NCBI GenBank assembly: GCA_051362555.1
Contig: CM120641.1
Coordinates: forward strand, 41,856,401-41,920,400
DNA from: Lingula anatina
Taxonomy: Eukaryota > Animalia > Brachiopoda
Length of the DNA stretch: 64,000 nt
Reading direction: 5' to 3'
In this document: positions 1-13,439 of the stretch, piece after piece
Numbering within the stretch: position 1 is the stretch's first letter
How the letters are laid out: each line of letters begins with the position of its first letter
Notes under the pieces: model-generated
Database searches by the model: none
Seen by the model: the letters and a program-made list of their open reading frames with translations, nothing else
Told to the model about the DNA's origin: nothing
Program-made: the position numbers and the translations under genes

Positions 1-321
1 CTTTGTATTTTCATAACTTCTGCTGACAAATATGTCATTTTACAAGGTCATAAATAAAATAAAAACGACTTGTTTGAAGTTACTTTGAACTCATATACAG
101 CTGTTCAGTAAATCTAGCACCAAATGAGCTCAACGTGGAAGTCAAAGTGAAACTAGTACCCCTCTAGCGCCGTATGATTGATTACTATTCACTAGTTAAG
201 TACTTAATAAGCCTCATGTGTCATTCTATATCAAACATACCTTCAGATACAAAAAAAATACATGTTGACGCATGCAAGGCAATTGTCTTTAAGGTCTTAT
301 CACGCCAGCGGCGTCACTTAC

Positions 322-513
322 CTGAACATCAAAGGGGAAATCGTTCAATTCTAAATTTTCTACGAATGTCCCCTTGAGCCTTTGATTTTCGCAGATGAAG
401 GCGTCCCCTTCAGAAGAGAACGCTAGAGTGCGCCACCGAACCTCCTTGGGGTCACCAACAGTGTTTTCTACGAACAGTTTCGGGTTCCAGTATTTTTCAA
501 AGTCGATTTCATC
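322..513 (-). CDS. pLGIC exon containing loop A (WNPKL) and Pro-loop (FPFDVQ)
   Basis: 192 nt, acceptor aatatag|, donor CAG|gtaagt, open frame of 64 codons; missed by ORF track (no ATG). Confidence 0.92.
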
Positions 514-3500
514 CTATATTCAAGAAACAAAATGACACAATTAACTAGAATTTCTTAGAAATGGTCTCGCATAGGACGATTCCGTGAATTTATTTGATTG
601 AAAGTGCCCTGATAGGAATAATATATAAAAAACCCGAAACAATCCTTCATGTAATCCACTGAAAGCCATTCTAGTGGGTGCTTAATTATTGGAACTTTTA
701 CCTTATGACCGCTGCATAAAATAAGTCTCTCAATTACAGTTTTTTAAGACACAACGTTTGACAACAACCCCTTGAATAATCACTCAATTATTCTGGACAG
801 ATAGACAAAAAACAAATGATGTATTTCTGAAAAAAAGAAAGGGTTAATGAGCTATATTTATGTGCTAACCTGTACCGTTCAGGAATAATCCCCCAAAAAA
901 GAGTAAAATATCTCATAAAATGCATCCTATTAAAGTGGCACAAGGTTTATGTATTATACCATATTTCCGCTCTGGCACGGGATCATGGTGCGTTAATTGG
1001 CGACGATCTCTCGGGAATCCATCAATTTTCACGGGTCGACGTCGTCTAGGCAAAAATGGGTATGGGGAGCATAAGAGGTGACTTCAATTTAGTATTGCCG
1101 ATACCACGTTAATTTCCTAAAAGGCCTCGTTTCATATCGTAATGCAATGTCTTGAACACGGCGCCTTTGCGCTGCCTACATTTTCGATTAACATGAAAAC
1201 TGTTAAGTGGCGCCCTATTACATAAAACGAAAATCCCACTTTACATTAGGACTTCAAACAATCATGCTGTAAATGCAACTGGCATCTCTTTATTTATTTC
1301 TCGACTCTACCCTTTGTCATAACTTAAGTGGTATATTGTAATATCCACCAAACAACCGCCTATATGCAACACTTTTGCAGAGGGAGGTATAATTACCAGA
1401 GGGAAAATTTTCTTGGAAATACGGAGCTATTTCTCAATCAAATGTTACTCAACAGATTACCTACATACATCGTCAAATGTTTCTCAAACTAACTCTGATA
1501 TTTCACTGCATTTTCAACAAATGGGCATAGGCATAATTGACCAAAGCCAGCTTATAATGAGATCATTTCATTGTTGTACTTTCTTCTGTGCTTTTAGTGT
1601 TGCTATCTAATATTACGACCATTTCCCAGTTTTCGTCAACGCTGTAACATAAATAACCATCGTAATGTCTTTTATCTGTTCAATTATTATAAACAATCAA
1701 GCCTATATTTTGATTACTGTGTCGTAAACTGACAGGGAAAATTGACCAAAAGAATTAACAGAGGGAAAAGGGTAATACAGAAAGAATAAATGCGGCTGAA
1801 TGGCTATTACATGGCATATCTTCAGCTTTTCAAATCGTACGCATTTCTACTTTGCTTTCTTTATTCCGTGCAGTTAGTATTACTTAATGCATTGTCCAAC
1901 AGTCACAAACAAAATTATTCTCTTGGGCGATATTGTCACATAAATTACACTATAAATCATGATGTCAGTCGAAGTCAGATCTGTCTTCTGGATAACACAT
2001 GTAGGTGCTTTAATTCGTATATGTTATATCAATAAGCTGTATACCCAGTATAGATCATACATATAAACGTATTTTAAGTCTATGTTGCAACCCAGTGGCA
2101 ATGATGGATAGTAGAGTGATGGCAAAGAAAAGGGGAACGTGCTGCTTTTTGCAATATTACTGAAAATGATAGGAATTTGTTATCGTTTACTTGGACAGTT
2201 AAAACTTTGTCCGTCCAAGTCGTGTCCAATAATACTTTCAGCGGTAGGATTCGTGATGTATATTTTGACTGCATTTAATTTAACGCCGTTTTCGCTAAGG
2301 TTATAAGACGATTCCTAGTAAACTGAATGTTGTACAGTTAGGTAAAAAACCGGCGTTCAACCATAAAGTTTCGTGGCAACAGAAAGGTTAGGTGAGTACA
2401 CAGATAAAGTGAAACGGAATGTAATTTTTTTCATATCCAAAGGTCACACGAAGTGGCGCATGAGACTAAGCGTGCGTGTTACTTCAGGCCTGATAACACT
2501 CGCTATATATATCTGATTTCTAAAACAGAAACCACATGCCATCCATTCTCAGTAAAACCAAGACAAGCCAAACACTTTATGTGGCATAACTACACATATC
2601 TTTGATTCAGGGGTTGCAAACATTTGTAAGGCGAACCTCTCGTCTGCGCGAACTGGAAACGAGGCAGATCTGCGAGACGTCTATGAAACACGTTAGTAGT
2701 GCTTGTCAGATTATGAACAGACTGGCGCCCTTTGGATATAAATCAATCCCTCAACTATGACAGAAGATTTCGCATAGTCCATTTAGTCCCTTTAAATCGC
2801 ATGGCAACTGGCCAAAAAAATGGATAAGTATCCTTCGACCGTGGAATTCAAATGCCGAGGTTCCAACCTCACACCCAGACTAACGACTCTCTGTTCTTTA
2901 GATAATGTTATTATATACTTCACTGCAGTATTATTTCATAACGTGCAACTTCGTACTATTTCCTAAATTTCATTTCGTTTCTTACTATTTACACCATAAT
3001 TCATCATTCCATATCCGCTTTGGGGTCCGTGCGCTGTAACTGCATTGCCATCGAGACCATGCAGATCGTAACCTCTTTCATTGGAGCCTTTCTACTTTTG
3101 TATTTCATGAAAGCGTTATGTTGTTTTGGATCATTAAGAGTAGCAATGCGCTATCAGTACCTAATCGGAGACCACGCTGCTTTCCAATTTAACGATGCAT
3201 GCCTTTACCGTATTACCTACGGATGACAGCGTGTCCTTCGGTGCCCTTTGGTATTTTGTTTAACATCCTGTATTAATCAATAAGTATTAAAGAGGAAACA
3301 GGTGATTTTAAAATTAGAATTTAATTTAGATTAAGATTATTTTCAGGAGATTTTTTCGCGTTCATTTCCTCTAAGTAGAATACAGAGAAGATCAGCCAAA
3401 AGGAAAACCACAAATTTCATTTATGATAGACGTAAGGCTGAAAAGAGTATTAAAAACGTATTTTGGCGACAGGAGAATGTATAAACGTTTCACACATAGG

Positions 3501-4895
3501 ATGTATTCACTAATTTTAAGATGTTCAAAGAACACCGGATTAATAAATTAAAATTAGCCTACTTATTACTGAACTTTAATGAAAAGTTTATTAAAGATAG
3601 GGATATTTATATTGTGTAAAATTCACTCCATTAACTAGAAAATCCTTAAAGCACGCGTTTGATACTCGCCCAGGCAGATGCTGTTACATTTACGTATATA
3701 GAATAGATGGGTAATTTAGTTGACTTTTAGGTAAAAGTTTATGCTTTTTATCAACTACAAAGCAAAGGAAATTCGCCTTGAAATGAAACTTCAAACTGTG
3801 ATAAAAAACTATGAAAAATAATGACTATGACATGTAAGGTCACTCTGATCTCTTGGAGATCAATTATTTCAACTGCTGTCATTCGAATTTGAAGGATGTA
3901 CGAAGCATGTGTCCCTGTGTGTGGCGTCTCACCTCATCAATGAGCTCGTCCTTATTCTTGCCTTTCCGGTCGAGTTCCGGTTCCCGCCATTTTGCTTTGA
4001 CCAGGACGTCTGCCGAGAATTGTTCTTTAAGGGTGTCTATTTCACCCAACTTCAGGAAGATTACACAAACTTCTACGGTCACCTGTAAAGAAAAAGAGAG
4101 GAGTCAGTCAAATGATAGTCTTTTTGTCTCCTTTTTAAAACTTAGTTCATTGTCTGGGGCATGGACCTAATGAGAGATCTCTCATTAGGTCCATGTCTGG
4201 GGGAAGCTGAACATTTTGAATGCCACGCAAAGGAAACGGACAAATGTTCAGCAAATGTGACTTCATATTTTTGCGACAAGTGACATGCAATGAATTCTAC
4301 TCCGATGTGATAAATTAAAAATAAACAATATTTCAATGATACCTAGTATTGTAAAATGACAGAGTATCTCTATATCTAGTATGTTTTATAAATGAAAAAA
4401 CTACCAATAACAGCGGCAAGGTTCTATGAGCATTTTTGATCGCTTCTAAATATTGCCCACCGAGACAGATATGATAGATTGAAAAAATACACAGAAATAA
4501 CTCCCGCACGTTACACAGATATGATGTTTTAAACTAATCCACTCATCAGGGCTTCGAATGAACACATTGGCAATCTCCTGATCCATAAAATAAAGTCGAA
4601 ATTATGAAGCTTCACTCGGTCGATGAATTGCAACCCTGTTTCACCGAGCACAGTGAAAAAACAGGAAAATGACTGAGGTCAACAAAACAGACGCCATCAC
4701 CTTTGTTGAGAGAACTTTACGTGGACTTGCCCGCCCTTGGGCACTATCTCCCTCCCTGGAAGCCCCTGGGTAGAGACACATCATGCTCCCGCCATTTGTC
4801 GTCTGTCCGATTCCGAATTTGGAATTTGTCAGGTACAGGAAGTCTGCCGGGAGAGACTTGTGTCCGTTCACGTCCGGCATCCACTTGGTCGACAT
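322..4895 (-). CDS. Cys-less (Pro-loop) pentameric ligand-gated ion channel subunit, 5' portion; gene continues beyond left edge
   Basis: Three phase-0 GT-AG exons join in frame: 4895-4701 (MSTKWMPD...KVLSTK), 4082-3933 (VTVEVCVIFLKLGEIDTLKEQFSADVLVKAKWREPELD...), 513-322 (DEIDFEKYWNPKLFVENT...QRLKGTFVENLELNDFPFDVQ). IDT..F.AD....W.EP, WNP.L..EN and L..FPFD.Q are hallmark pLGIC extracellular-domain motifs. Confidence 0.9.
3933..4082 (-). CDS. pLGIC common second exon (beta1-beta2 of ECD)
   Basis: 150 nt, acceptor ctttacag|, donor GAG|gtgaga, phase 0 both sides. Confidence 0.92.
4701..4895 (-). CDS. pLGIC proximal first coding exon (65 codons)
   Basis: accATG with in-frame upstream stop; donor AAG|gtgatg in phase 0; GC/CpG-rich relative to flanks. 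Confidence 0.7.
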
Positions 4896-7800
4896 GGTCC
4901 GTTCTTGGTTCCTTTGACGATGGACTTTTCTGACTCGCTAAATAACAGTGGCTTTTATGACGCTGCGTTCGAAGTCGCACTCCTTTCTACTGGTCCGAAG
5001 CGGAGACGAGTTACTAGGCTTCGACTTGTCATACGGTTGACATCAGCGGCCTTCCCGCCGGAGGTGTAAAGAATCGCCTGGTGAAAAGCCCATAGTCCAG
5101 AAGTTAGTCAGCTTAAGCTGGGATCTAATTAAACCTGTCACTAATATGATAAGTATTGACTCGAATCGTTCTATCCGATATCTACTTGCGTGGTTAAAAG
5201 CTGGTAATTTAGGTAGAATGTCAATTAAAATGAGCCAGTAAAGGCGTTTCACTAGCTAACAGTAACTGAATCATTCAAGTGCTCTGAGAAGACTTACTAC
5301 CTCTATAACATGCTACTAATCACGTTGGCATATTTAGCAGCCTCCTTCATCGTGCAAAAGTTTCGTTTCAATCAGCAAGTCTAATAATGTTCTATCTACT
5401 AATACTCCACTGCCACATCGCGTTTGATAGAGTTGCGTGTACAGGTCGCATAACGTGAGATAACGATACGCCCTCAACACAGTCTGTTGACGGGTTCCTA
5501 TTAATTCCCCGTTAATTCAGGTTAAAAATAAGCGTGTCGACATCGCCGGGAATCCACAGCCACGGGTTATCACGGAATCCAATAACACTCAAAGGTTCCC
5601 CGGAATTAAAGCTACGCTCGACTTTTCGTGTTTAACATGTACCATTTTCGTGCAGCGAACGTAGATCAGGCCCGTTGCAGAAACCTAGTGAGGAAAAGTC
5701 CAATGTGTTTTTTTTTTATTTCTGGAAATGTATTCCCGAGCGTTTTCTTATAGTATTTTCCTGGAATGAGCTGGCGTTTGAGCTATGTTTGTCAGTTTGT
5801 TACATGCTTGTTACTTAAAGCACTTTGAAAACCCTCCTACATATATCTCATTTAGATTATCATCGGCATCCATCTAATTGATTAATGAGCATAATATGAC
5901 ACTCTTATAGACTGTACTCTTAACGCACGTTTCACAATAAAGTCATCCCAATCACGCGTTGACATGCAATAATCCTCGTTCCATCATAGGACCAGTCCCT
6001 TACGAGTCCGTAACCAACTCCCCCGTGGCCAACAACGCTGTTCGCGAATAGAGCCAAATCCATTAAGTCATGTCACAACAACTGACGAGTGAAGAAGTCC
6101 GGGTAATAATAATGGAGCCCCAGTCCTACCGAGGCGTATCTGAACTACTGCTGGCTATAGGATAACGATCACTCTTCTGCTTGCAGGATACGAGACGGCA
6201 GGAATTGCAGGCACCTTCGTATTGGCCCACACTATGCGTGTGTGCCATATGTATTACTTATTCGGTTACTTGTTTGTACCTTGATGTGTTTTAAATAAAT
6301 AAACGTTTACCTTGCTCATAGTCAATATCGCACGGTATTCTTATTCATCAACCTATCCCCCACAATTTGAATTTCATTTCATTAAGTAAAGATGTACGCC
6401 AACATGTTGCAAAGCGTTCACCACTTGGCACTCTTATGCAAACTGGTATCGCCAATCAATTAAGTTGCTCTGTCAAGAACAGTCAAGAATGAACGACAGA
6501 ACGTTTTTGGCCTGGTTTCACCTTCTAATCTCTGTGACTTGCACATTACCGACTAAAGCGAGAGGGTTATTTCCCCGAGCTAGCAAACCTAAGCCCAGTA
6601 GTCTATCCTGACGCGGTGGGGTGCGTTAAATCTAAAATCAATCGCTCTGAGCGCTGCGCAACAGATCTGCGCTTTGTTGTGGGCTTTTGTTTCGACAAGG
6701 CTATTTCCCATAGCTCTCGTGCATTTTATGGTATGTACTTTCCCATTACGCATTTCCATAAGCTCGACTCGGTATAACTGATAACACCCAGTAATGACAA
6801 TATAAAGGAATTAAAAATTCAAACCCTGTATTTAAAATCGAATTTCCCTTGCTTTCAGCCCAGTTATTGCTCTTCTAGACTTAACATGAACCTAGCAACC
6901 GTAATCCTTCTTTGTATCTATTGATGTATTAGATGATTTTTTTGAAAAGCACTGCACGTTTCAGACGGGACAGTTTGTGTTTGCAAAGCCAATTGGTTTC
7001 GTTGAACAGGCTGAATGTGCTCTCCATTGGTAGCAGAAGATCTAATCTTAATCTCCGTGGTTGCCTCAAGTTGCAATTAGATTTGATTTTTTGTCTAATA
7101 ACCACCTCCCCTGTGGAAACAAAGCGCTTCTTGATACACACAGCCGATTTTTCATTTTCACATGATCGGCTGGAAAGGCCTGGGTAATGCAAATCCATAC
7201 ATTGAAAGTAGTTTTGCCCATTAATGACGGGTAATGTTACGACAGTGTGAAATTACTCACAGAACGGGAACTGTTTATGTAGTTTTATCACGCGAGAGGA
7301 AAAACATTCTGAATTACAAGAAACACTTTCAAGTCGAGGTTGACGGATAGAAAATTGTCATTAGGCAACGACAAAGGGTTTGGACCAACATATATAAGGT
7401 GACTGCCCCAAAAGACAAAAATGTTTGCTTTCAACACCTCTAACGTTAAGCGACCCAATCAATCAAAGGAAAACACAGGGTCACTAAATAAGCCCGGTTC
7501 CGTGCAGTTATAAAACTATTGCTAATAGAAGCGCCAAGGTTTGCTTTTTGGAGAATAGCTAAAAACAGAGAAGTGAATCTTATTACATATTCTGTCATAT
7601 CTAGACGTTTAGTCCTCTATCAAAGACTGCTGGTTTACCAAATGGGAATGGATACCTTTGTGGGAAATCAATAAAAAAGTTCTCATTACCCAATGTGTCA
7701 ATATTCGGGTATTGTGTCACCTATAGTAATTGGGCAACGAGAAAACAAAACGTAGACCACAATAGACTCTCATACTCCTGTGCCATTGTACCTGCATTGA

Positions 7801-9204
7801 CCATGAAACCTCAAATTACTTTTCTGATCTTACTTGACATCTGTTACGTCATTATGAACTTTTGTCCTTGTATTGGACGAAAGGTATAATACTGTTGCCA
7901 AATTGGGCACTTCATGGAAAATTGTGCAATTACATGGAAAAGCGTATGGGTGAAACAAGAGGGAAATAAGTTCATTTAATCTCAGTGTTATCTGACATGT
8001 TGTAGTCAATTAAGGATGTTTTCATCCTGTTAAAACTTCAGCGTTAGAGTCATTTAACTCATATCCGCTTTTCACGGTAAGTTGGCGGTGCTCATATTTT
8101 CATTTATGATAGTGTGGTCAGTGGTCACAAATCAGAATTTTGTTACGGGAGAGTATCCAACAGCTATCGAGTACAAACTCAATATAATATGTAGGCATAG
8201 GATTGGAAAAATGCTGGTGTGGTTGTCTCGTTTTGTTTGTTATTTATTTTTTATGGAGAGAAAGGGAGTGAAGGGTGCCTTCGGGACCAAGGGGCGGGCA
8301 TTGCCAGTCACGTGTTCGATGTGTCCCAATAATTCCACCACTGTACACGCCTCTGGTTTTGCACCGAGACAAACTTTCCGGGAAAATGTCACTTAGAATT
8401 TGTCTTTATTGTCCATTGATGGACGAGTCTGTAAGTCGGTTCTAATATGACAAACACTCATTGTAACACAATAGAGCGTCTTGATTGCGTTTTAAGTCAG
8501 GAAACGCGGGACGTGACTGACAATTACCTTCTTACGCAAGTTCCAACAGAGTCAATATTGTTGTTTTTCTGCCTGATTGTCTCTGCCATAAGATGATAGG
8601 TCACTTAGGTCAAATACTTCCCTTTGAACATAATTGATTGCCTTTAATGGCTTATTTTGTCAAACAAAATGCAAAACGCCAAGGGGTTTCACAAGATTAG
8701 GACATGAAATGAAGTTTAATAACAACGACAAAAATAACATTAGTATGCTTCTGGTTGTTCGAAGCTGATATTTATATCTTGCCAGTGAGATCAGAGTTGA
8801 ATTTGTGCAGAAACGATTACATTTCAGTATTTCAGTGAGCAATCAATGTTTGGGACATTTTCTTTAATCATATTAAAAGTGAGCGAACACCGAATCTCGC
8901 GTTAGCTTTAAAAAGGAACTTACATGCGTTTGCACGCCGTGGTAAAGCGAAACTTTTGGATTTCACACATCATGCCTATCCTGTCTTTTGCTGACTATAT
9001 ACACGTGCAATTAGTAATCACTATTCAACCTGTTTTATGTATAACAACCCCCTCCTTTCTCTCTCTCTCTCTCTCTCTCTCCCCCCCCCCCCCGAGTTTC
9101 ATATAGCTTATCCACAACTTTTCAACAGTATAATTTTTACAAATGAAACACTTCTAGTGTCATTGTTCTAACTACTAGCAATGACCCACGTTTTACAGCC
9201 TACA

Positions 9205-9206
9205 GT

Positions 9207-9251
<45 letters not shown>
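9205..9251. repeat. (GT)n(GA)n microsatellite
   Basis: Direct reading. Confidence 0.95.
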
Positions 9252-9253
<2 letters not shown>

Positions 9254-12200
9254 GGGACCCTTGCTGCATATGCAATTCAAAGGTGTTAGGCGTATTCCAG
9301 CAAATATTAAGCCTTTTATTAAGATCGCCTATTAAGCAGCTTCGGTGAAGCTGAAAATGCTCTCAGAGGATGAAAGTAATACCCTCGCTTGTTTTCTACT
9401 AACTTATAATTTGGTTTTCTTGATTCCCAGTTGACCACATTTGGCTCGAATTGCATGAATCCGGTTATCCAATTTCCACCTCCAGATGGCGCTGACTGTA
9501 CCAAGTATTCCACAGTGTTACATACGCACGATTCTACCATTTCTGGTAATTTAAATTGAATAGCCGGTACATATGCACTAGCCAACTAGCCAAGTTGCTA
9601 TGTATAGATTCGATTTTACAGTAAACATACCCCAAACGTCTGCAAAAACATGCCGCTTCACACAAATTTACAGCTTTAAAAATTAACGTTGTCAGCCATG
9701 ACGCAGATTGATTATCAGTATAAAAATAGACTATTTATTGGAAAAATCTTATTTCAAATAAATAAATAGGTGGATAGAGTAAAAACTCATTACATTTAGT
9801 CATTTGATATATTCCAAATTTGCCGATTCGCTTGACTTAATGTCAGAATTGTATCACAAATGTGATAGAGGATATTCGTAACGGCGGTTAGACATACCCA
9901 TGAGAAAGTCATCTGCTACAATGTATTAGTGCTTTACATAGTATCAAACATTCGATGTGCATTATTTATCCTAATGAAACATCTAAAGTGTTCTTGTTTA
10001 TACAAGCTCTGCAGCCTTACTTATTTTCAACATAAACTTCACAGGTGTCTATTATCATATAAACAATACGGCCTCGAGTAAAAATAACGGTTAAAAATGA
10101 ACTGATTACTCGTAAATAAGACAGGTTGGCAGGACTGTTGGTTTACATTCGGAACACGTTCAGTGGACACTGACGTTGGTTTACGCTGTGTTACCAGATT
10201 GAATGGCACCTTATCCTTCACCAAATAGATCGACATCCTTCTATTGATCAACTCATAAGGATTAAATGATCATCATACAGTGCTTTGACATACCCGTTTT
10301 TATTTAATGGTTTATTTAGAGTATGCGGGCCATGTTCCGCATTGCTTTACATGGTATTGCAAAGATGGTATTTACATTCTCCAATGAAATGAAATGCCTT
10401 AGTTTGTATAATATAAAATGCAATGCTGTTTCACCCAGAATGAAGTAATAAGCTCTGTATTGATCCATACAGATCAAACACGAACATGAGTCGTGATTTG
10501 TGTTTATTTGGAACAGAAGACCGATCACTTTCGTGTGAAAATTGTGTTGGATAATAATGTAGAGTGAATTCCTTATTATTTTCAATCCCGACCTTGGCAA
10601 TAGCAAATATAGTATACGTAAAAATAAATGGGCCTGGTATGTGCCAATATTATAATAACTACGTTACTTAATCAAAGTAATACAGCATGTATTGTGAAGA
10701 TTGCGTCATTGGCAAATCCATGGTAACTATCACGGCTGGGGATGGGAACATTCTCCTTGTTTTACTGGAAATGTTCTTAATCAGGTACGTGCATTTACGA
10801 CTTATAAATTGCCGGTTGTACTCAGAATTCCGGATGCCTCTCTTCCTCTATCACTGCCTACATCAGTGTCTATAGAACCTATACATATACCCTGGACTAT
10901 GGCACTCTTCATAGTGCCTATATGTTTTCCTATATGCCCCTATTTACTTCCGGTCAAAGGCGAGGCTTGCTTCTGTAAAAAATCTGATCGGTATCATAAA
11001 ATATTAAGCAAGACAACCGGCATGAAAGAGGGATGAACAGATATACATGTGATATCCACGCGTAATAGTTCACTTACCAAGACCAGAAGAAAACAGGTGC
11101 AACTATTTTTTTATCGAAAGTCTATTAGCATTGTTCCACATTTGCACACATATCCTATTACTGAACATGTGTTTATTTCTTTAAAGGTGCCGTAAACGTG
11201 CATGATGGAGAGAGCTCTATGTGGCACGAGCAGGGCTATTGCTGATTGTTTAAACAACATGGTGTTATGATTTCAATCCATGGTATTTTGAGTGTACTGA
11301 ACATAAAATACAATAAAACATATGAGGAACAAAAAAAAATAAATAAATAAAAAGAGAGAGAGAGGGAGAGAGAGAGTACTCTTGTCTTTAAAATGATGCC
11401 CGTGAAACCTTTTTAGTGGCACCGTTGCATATTAGGACTCCTGAATGATCCTGATCTGCACACTAATGATATACATATACTAGGGCTATTGAGACAGAAG
11501 CAAATGGTCATAGCGTGTCGTTACTGCTGCTGCTGCTGCAATTTCGGCTAAGAGCGAAGGATGATGATATGATATCAGACCTACTTATTCGACACAATTT
11601 GTATGCATTAGACTATTTAATTGTATTGATCCGCTTATTTATAATACCCAACTAATCTATTTAAGTGTAATCGGAACTAAATTGCGTTATCTAATTATTA
11701 CTTTTACATTAGAGTTGATATTATTTTACACAGCGGGTGAAAATTTTGTAGATTATCTATCATTGTGCGCATTGCACTGTTCGATTCTCTATTCATGTGT
11801 ACTTTTCATTATCTAATGAAATTCATATCCGTTTATGCCATTAGCAAAGGCAGCACGATGTGTTAGATAGGTTGTATTCGAAAGCCCCTAAGTAGAGGAT
11901 CAGATCTATTGAATGCGCCATTACTCTCTAAATTGCACCGACGTCGTATTTGCTTAGCAGTTAGTATCGTCACTTCGAAAGTGGTTCGAATATTGACATT
12001 TTGCTGCTCGGATAACGAAAGTGATATGGTAATAGCTCGATTTGGTGAAGGGGACTCGAATGCACTTATTTTAATCACACTTTCGGAGAGATATAGTCTT
12101 TCCAATCCCACCTCTCTAAAACATATACATGTAGTAACCACTGTTAAAAGCATAGGTAGATATGACATAACGTTATTATGTAATACTGTATATCAGATGA

Positions 12201-13125
12201 TGACAAATACAAACAAAGAGATAATAAAAAAGTAAGACCTAAAATAAAAATGGAAGATACCCGAAAAAAAACTTCATCTTGTCTCTAAAATGATATTGAT
12301 TGTTGTATGAAGACGTGGAGGTTATAAAAGCAATTAAATGCAATTTAGTTCGGGTTACATATGGATACTTTAGCCATGCATTATATTACCAAGTGAGCAA
12401 ACACAGATACATATTGATGGAGAGAGCAGTGTTGAGAAAAGCTAAGCACACAGGCGCTGAAATGCTCTATTCGTTTTGCATCTGGTTGCGTAACTAATCA
12501 ATTGAACTACAAACACAGAACGTTTTATAACGTTACCATGACGTTTTTTTTTGGGGGGGGGGGGGGGGGTTATTGATTTATTTATAAACCCTCAAGTTTC
12601 ACCTTGTTAAAGTCTGCAAGCTCTGCATACTTAATTGCTTAATTGTACTCAAGTGTTTGGGTACGAAATAATCGTTTCATGTTTAGAGTTAAACCCCGAT
12701 CACGAAAGAACGAAATTTCCCGAGAAATTAAGAAAATGACATACTAGGCCCAATATAATTATTCTTAATGAAATGCTGGGCACGTCACTTCAGGATTAGT
12801 AAAAAAGTGATAAGGATCACTCCAGAGGTCCTTCTTGATGCCAAATCGAACAATTCCACTTTTTTCTACTGGCTTTATAGAAGGAGACTCCGTGAAAAAT
12901 TGATATGATGCATACATAACCCTGATTCATTCACCACATTATTGTCTAAAATGCCATTCCTGATATCTAAGTACAAAGTCATCACGTCACTATCGTGGGA
13001 AGGGTACAAGCACTTTTATTGCTTCTTATTCCACACTCTGACAACACAAAATGGAACATTGGATAAGATTTATAAGCGTGATATTTATGCAAAAAAAAAA
13101 AAAAATGCGGTGAATATTGCGTAAC

Positions 13126-13439
13126 CAGTTTTCCCCTACTGTTACTGTGTTTCTGGAGAATAAAAAACTCCACCGACGCCGATATAATAGATGGAGGCAA
13201 TGGAACTATTAATACTGACAACTGCCATTGGTCTACTGCTGCTAATGTCCATAATCTATGTTGCCGACGGAATACCACAAGAATAGGCGGGGGAGGCTTG
13301 GGTGGAAGATTGGGCTTTTTCAATATGAACTTCATGCGCATATGAGTTTTATATCTGAAATCCATCGTCTGATATCTGGGCACTTCTTCCTGTTCTTCTG
13401 GACACATGGTATTGCTTTTCATTCCGGATGTTGAAATGT
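13126..13439 (-). CDS. possible coding exon, Pro-rich (MKSNTMCPEEQEEVPRYQ...KKPNLPPKPPPP), affiliation unclear
   Basis: Open frame with protein-like composition; possible acceptor ttggatag| at 13440-13441; only a weak phase-0 donor CTG|gttacg. Confidence 0.3.

Noticed and set aside
2830-2880. GGTTC-containing segment reminiscent of a tRNA T-loop/SINE box B
   Set aside because: No cloverleaf or box A could be built.
6929-7198. Overlapping ORFs on both strands; possible extra channel first exon (…VSTGE|gtggtt)
   Set aside because: No recognisable motif and poor donor consensus.
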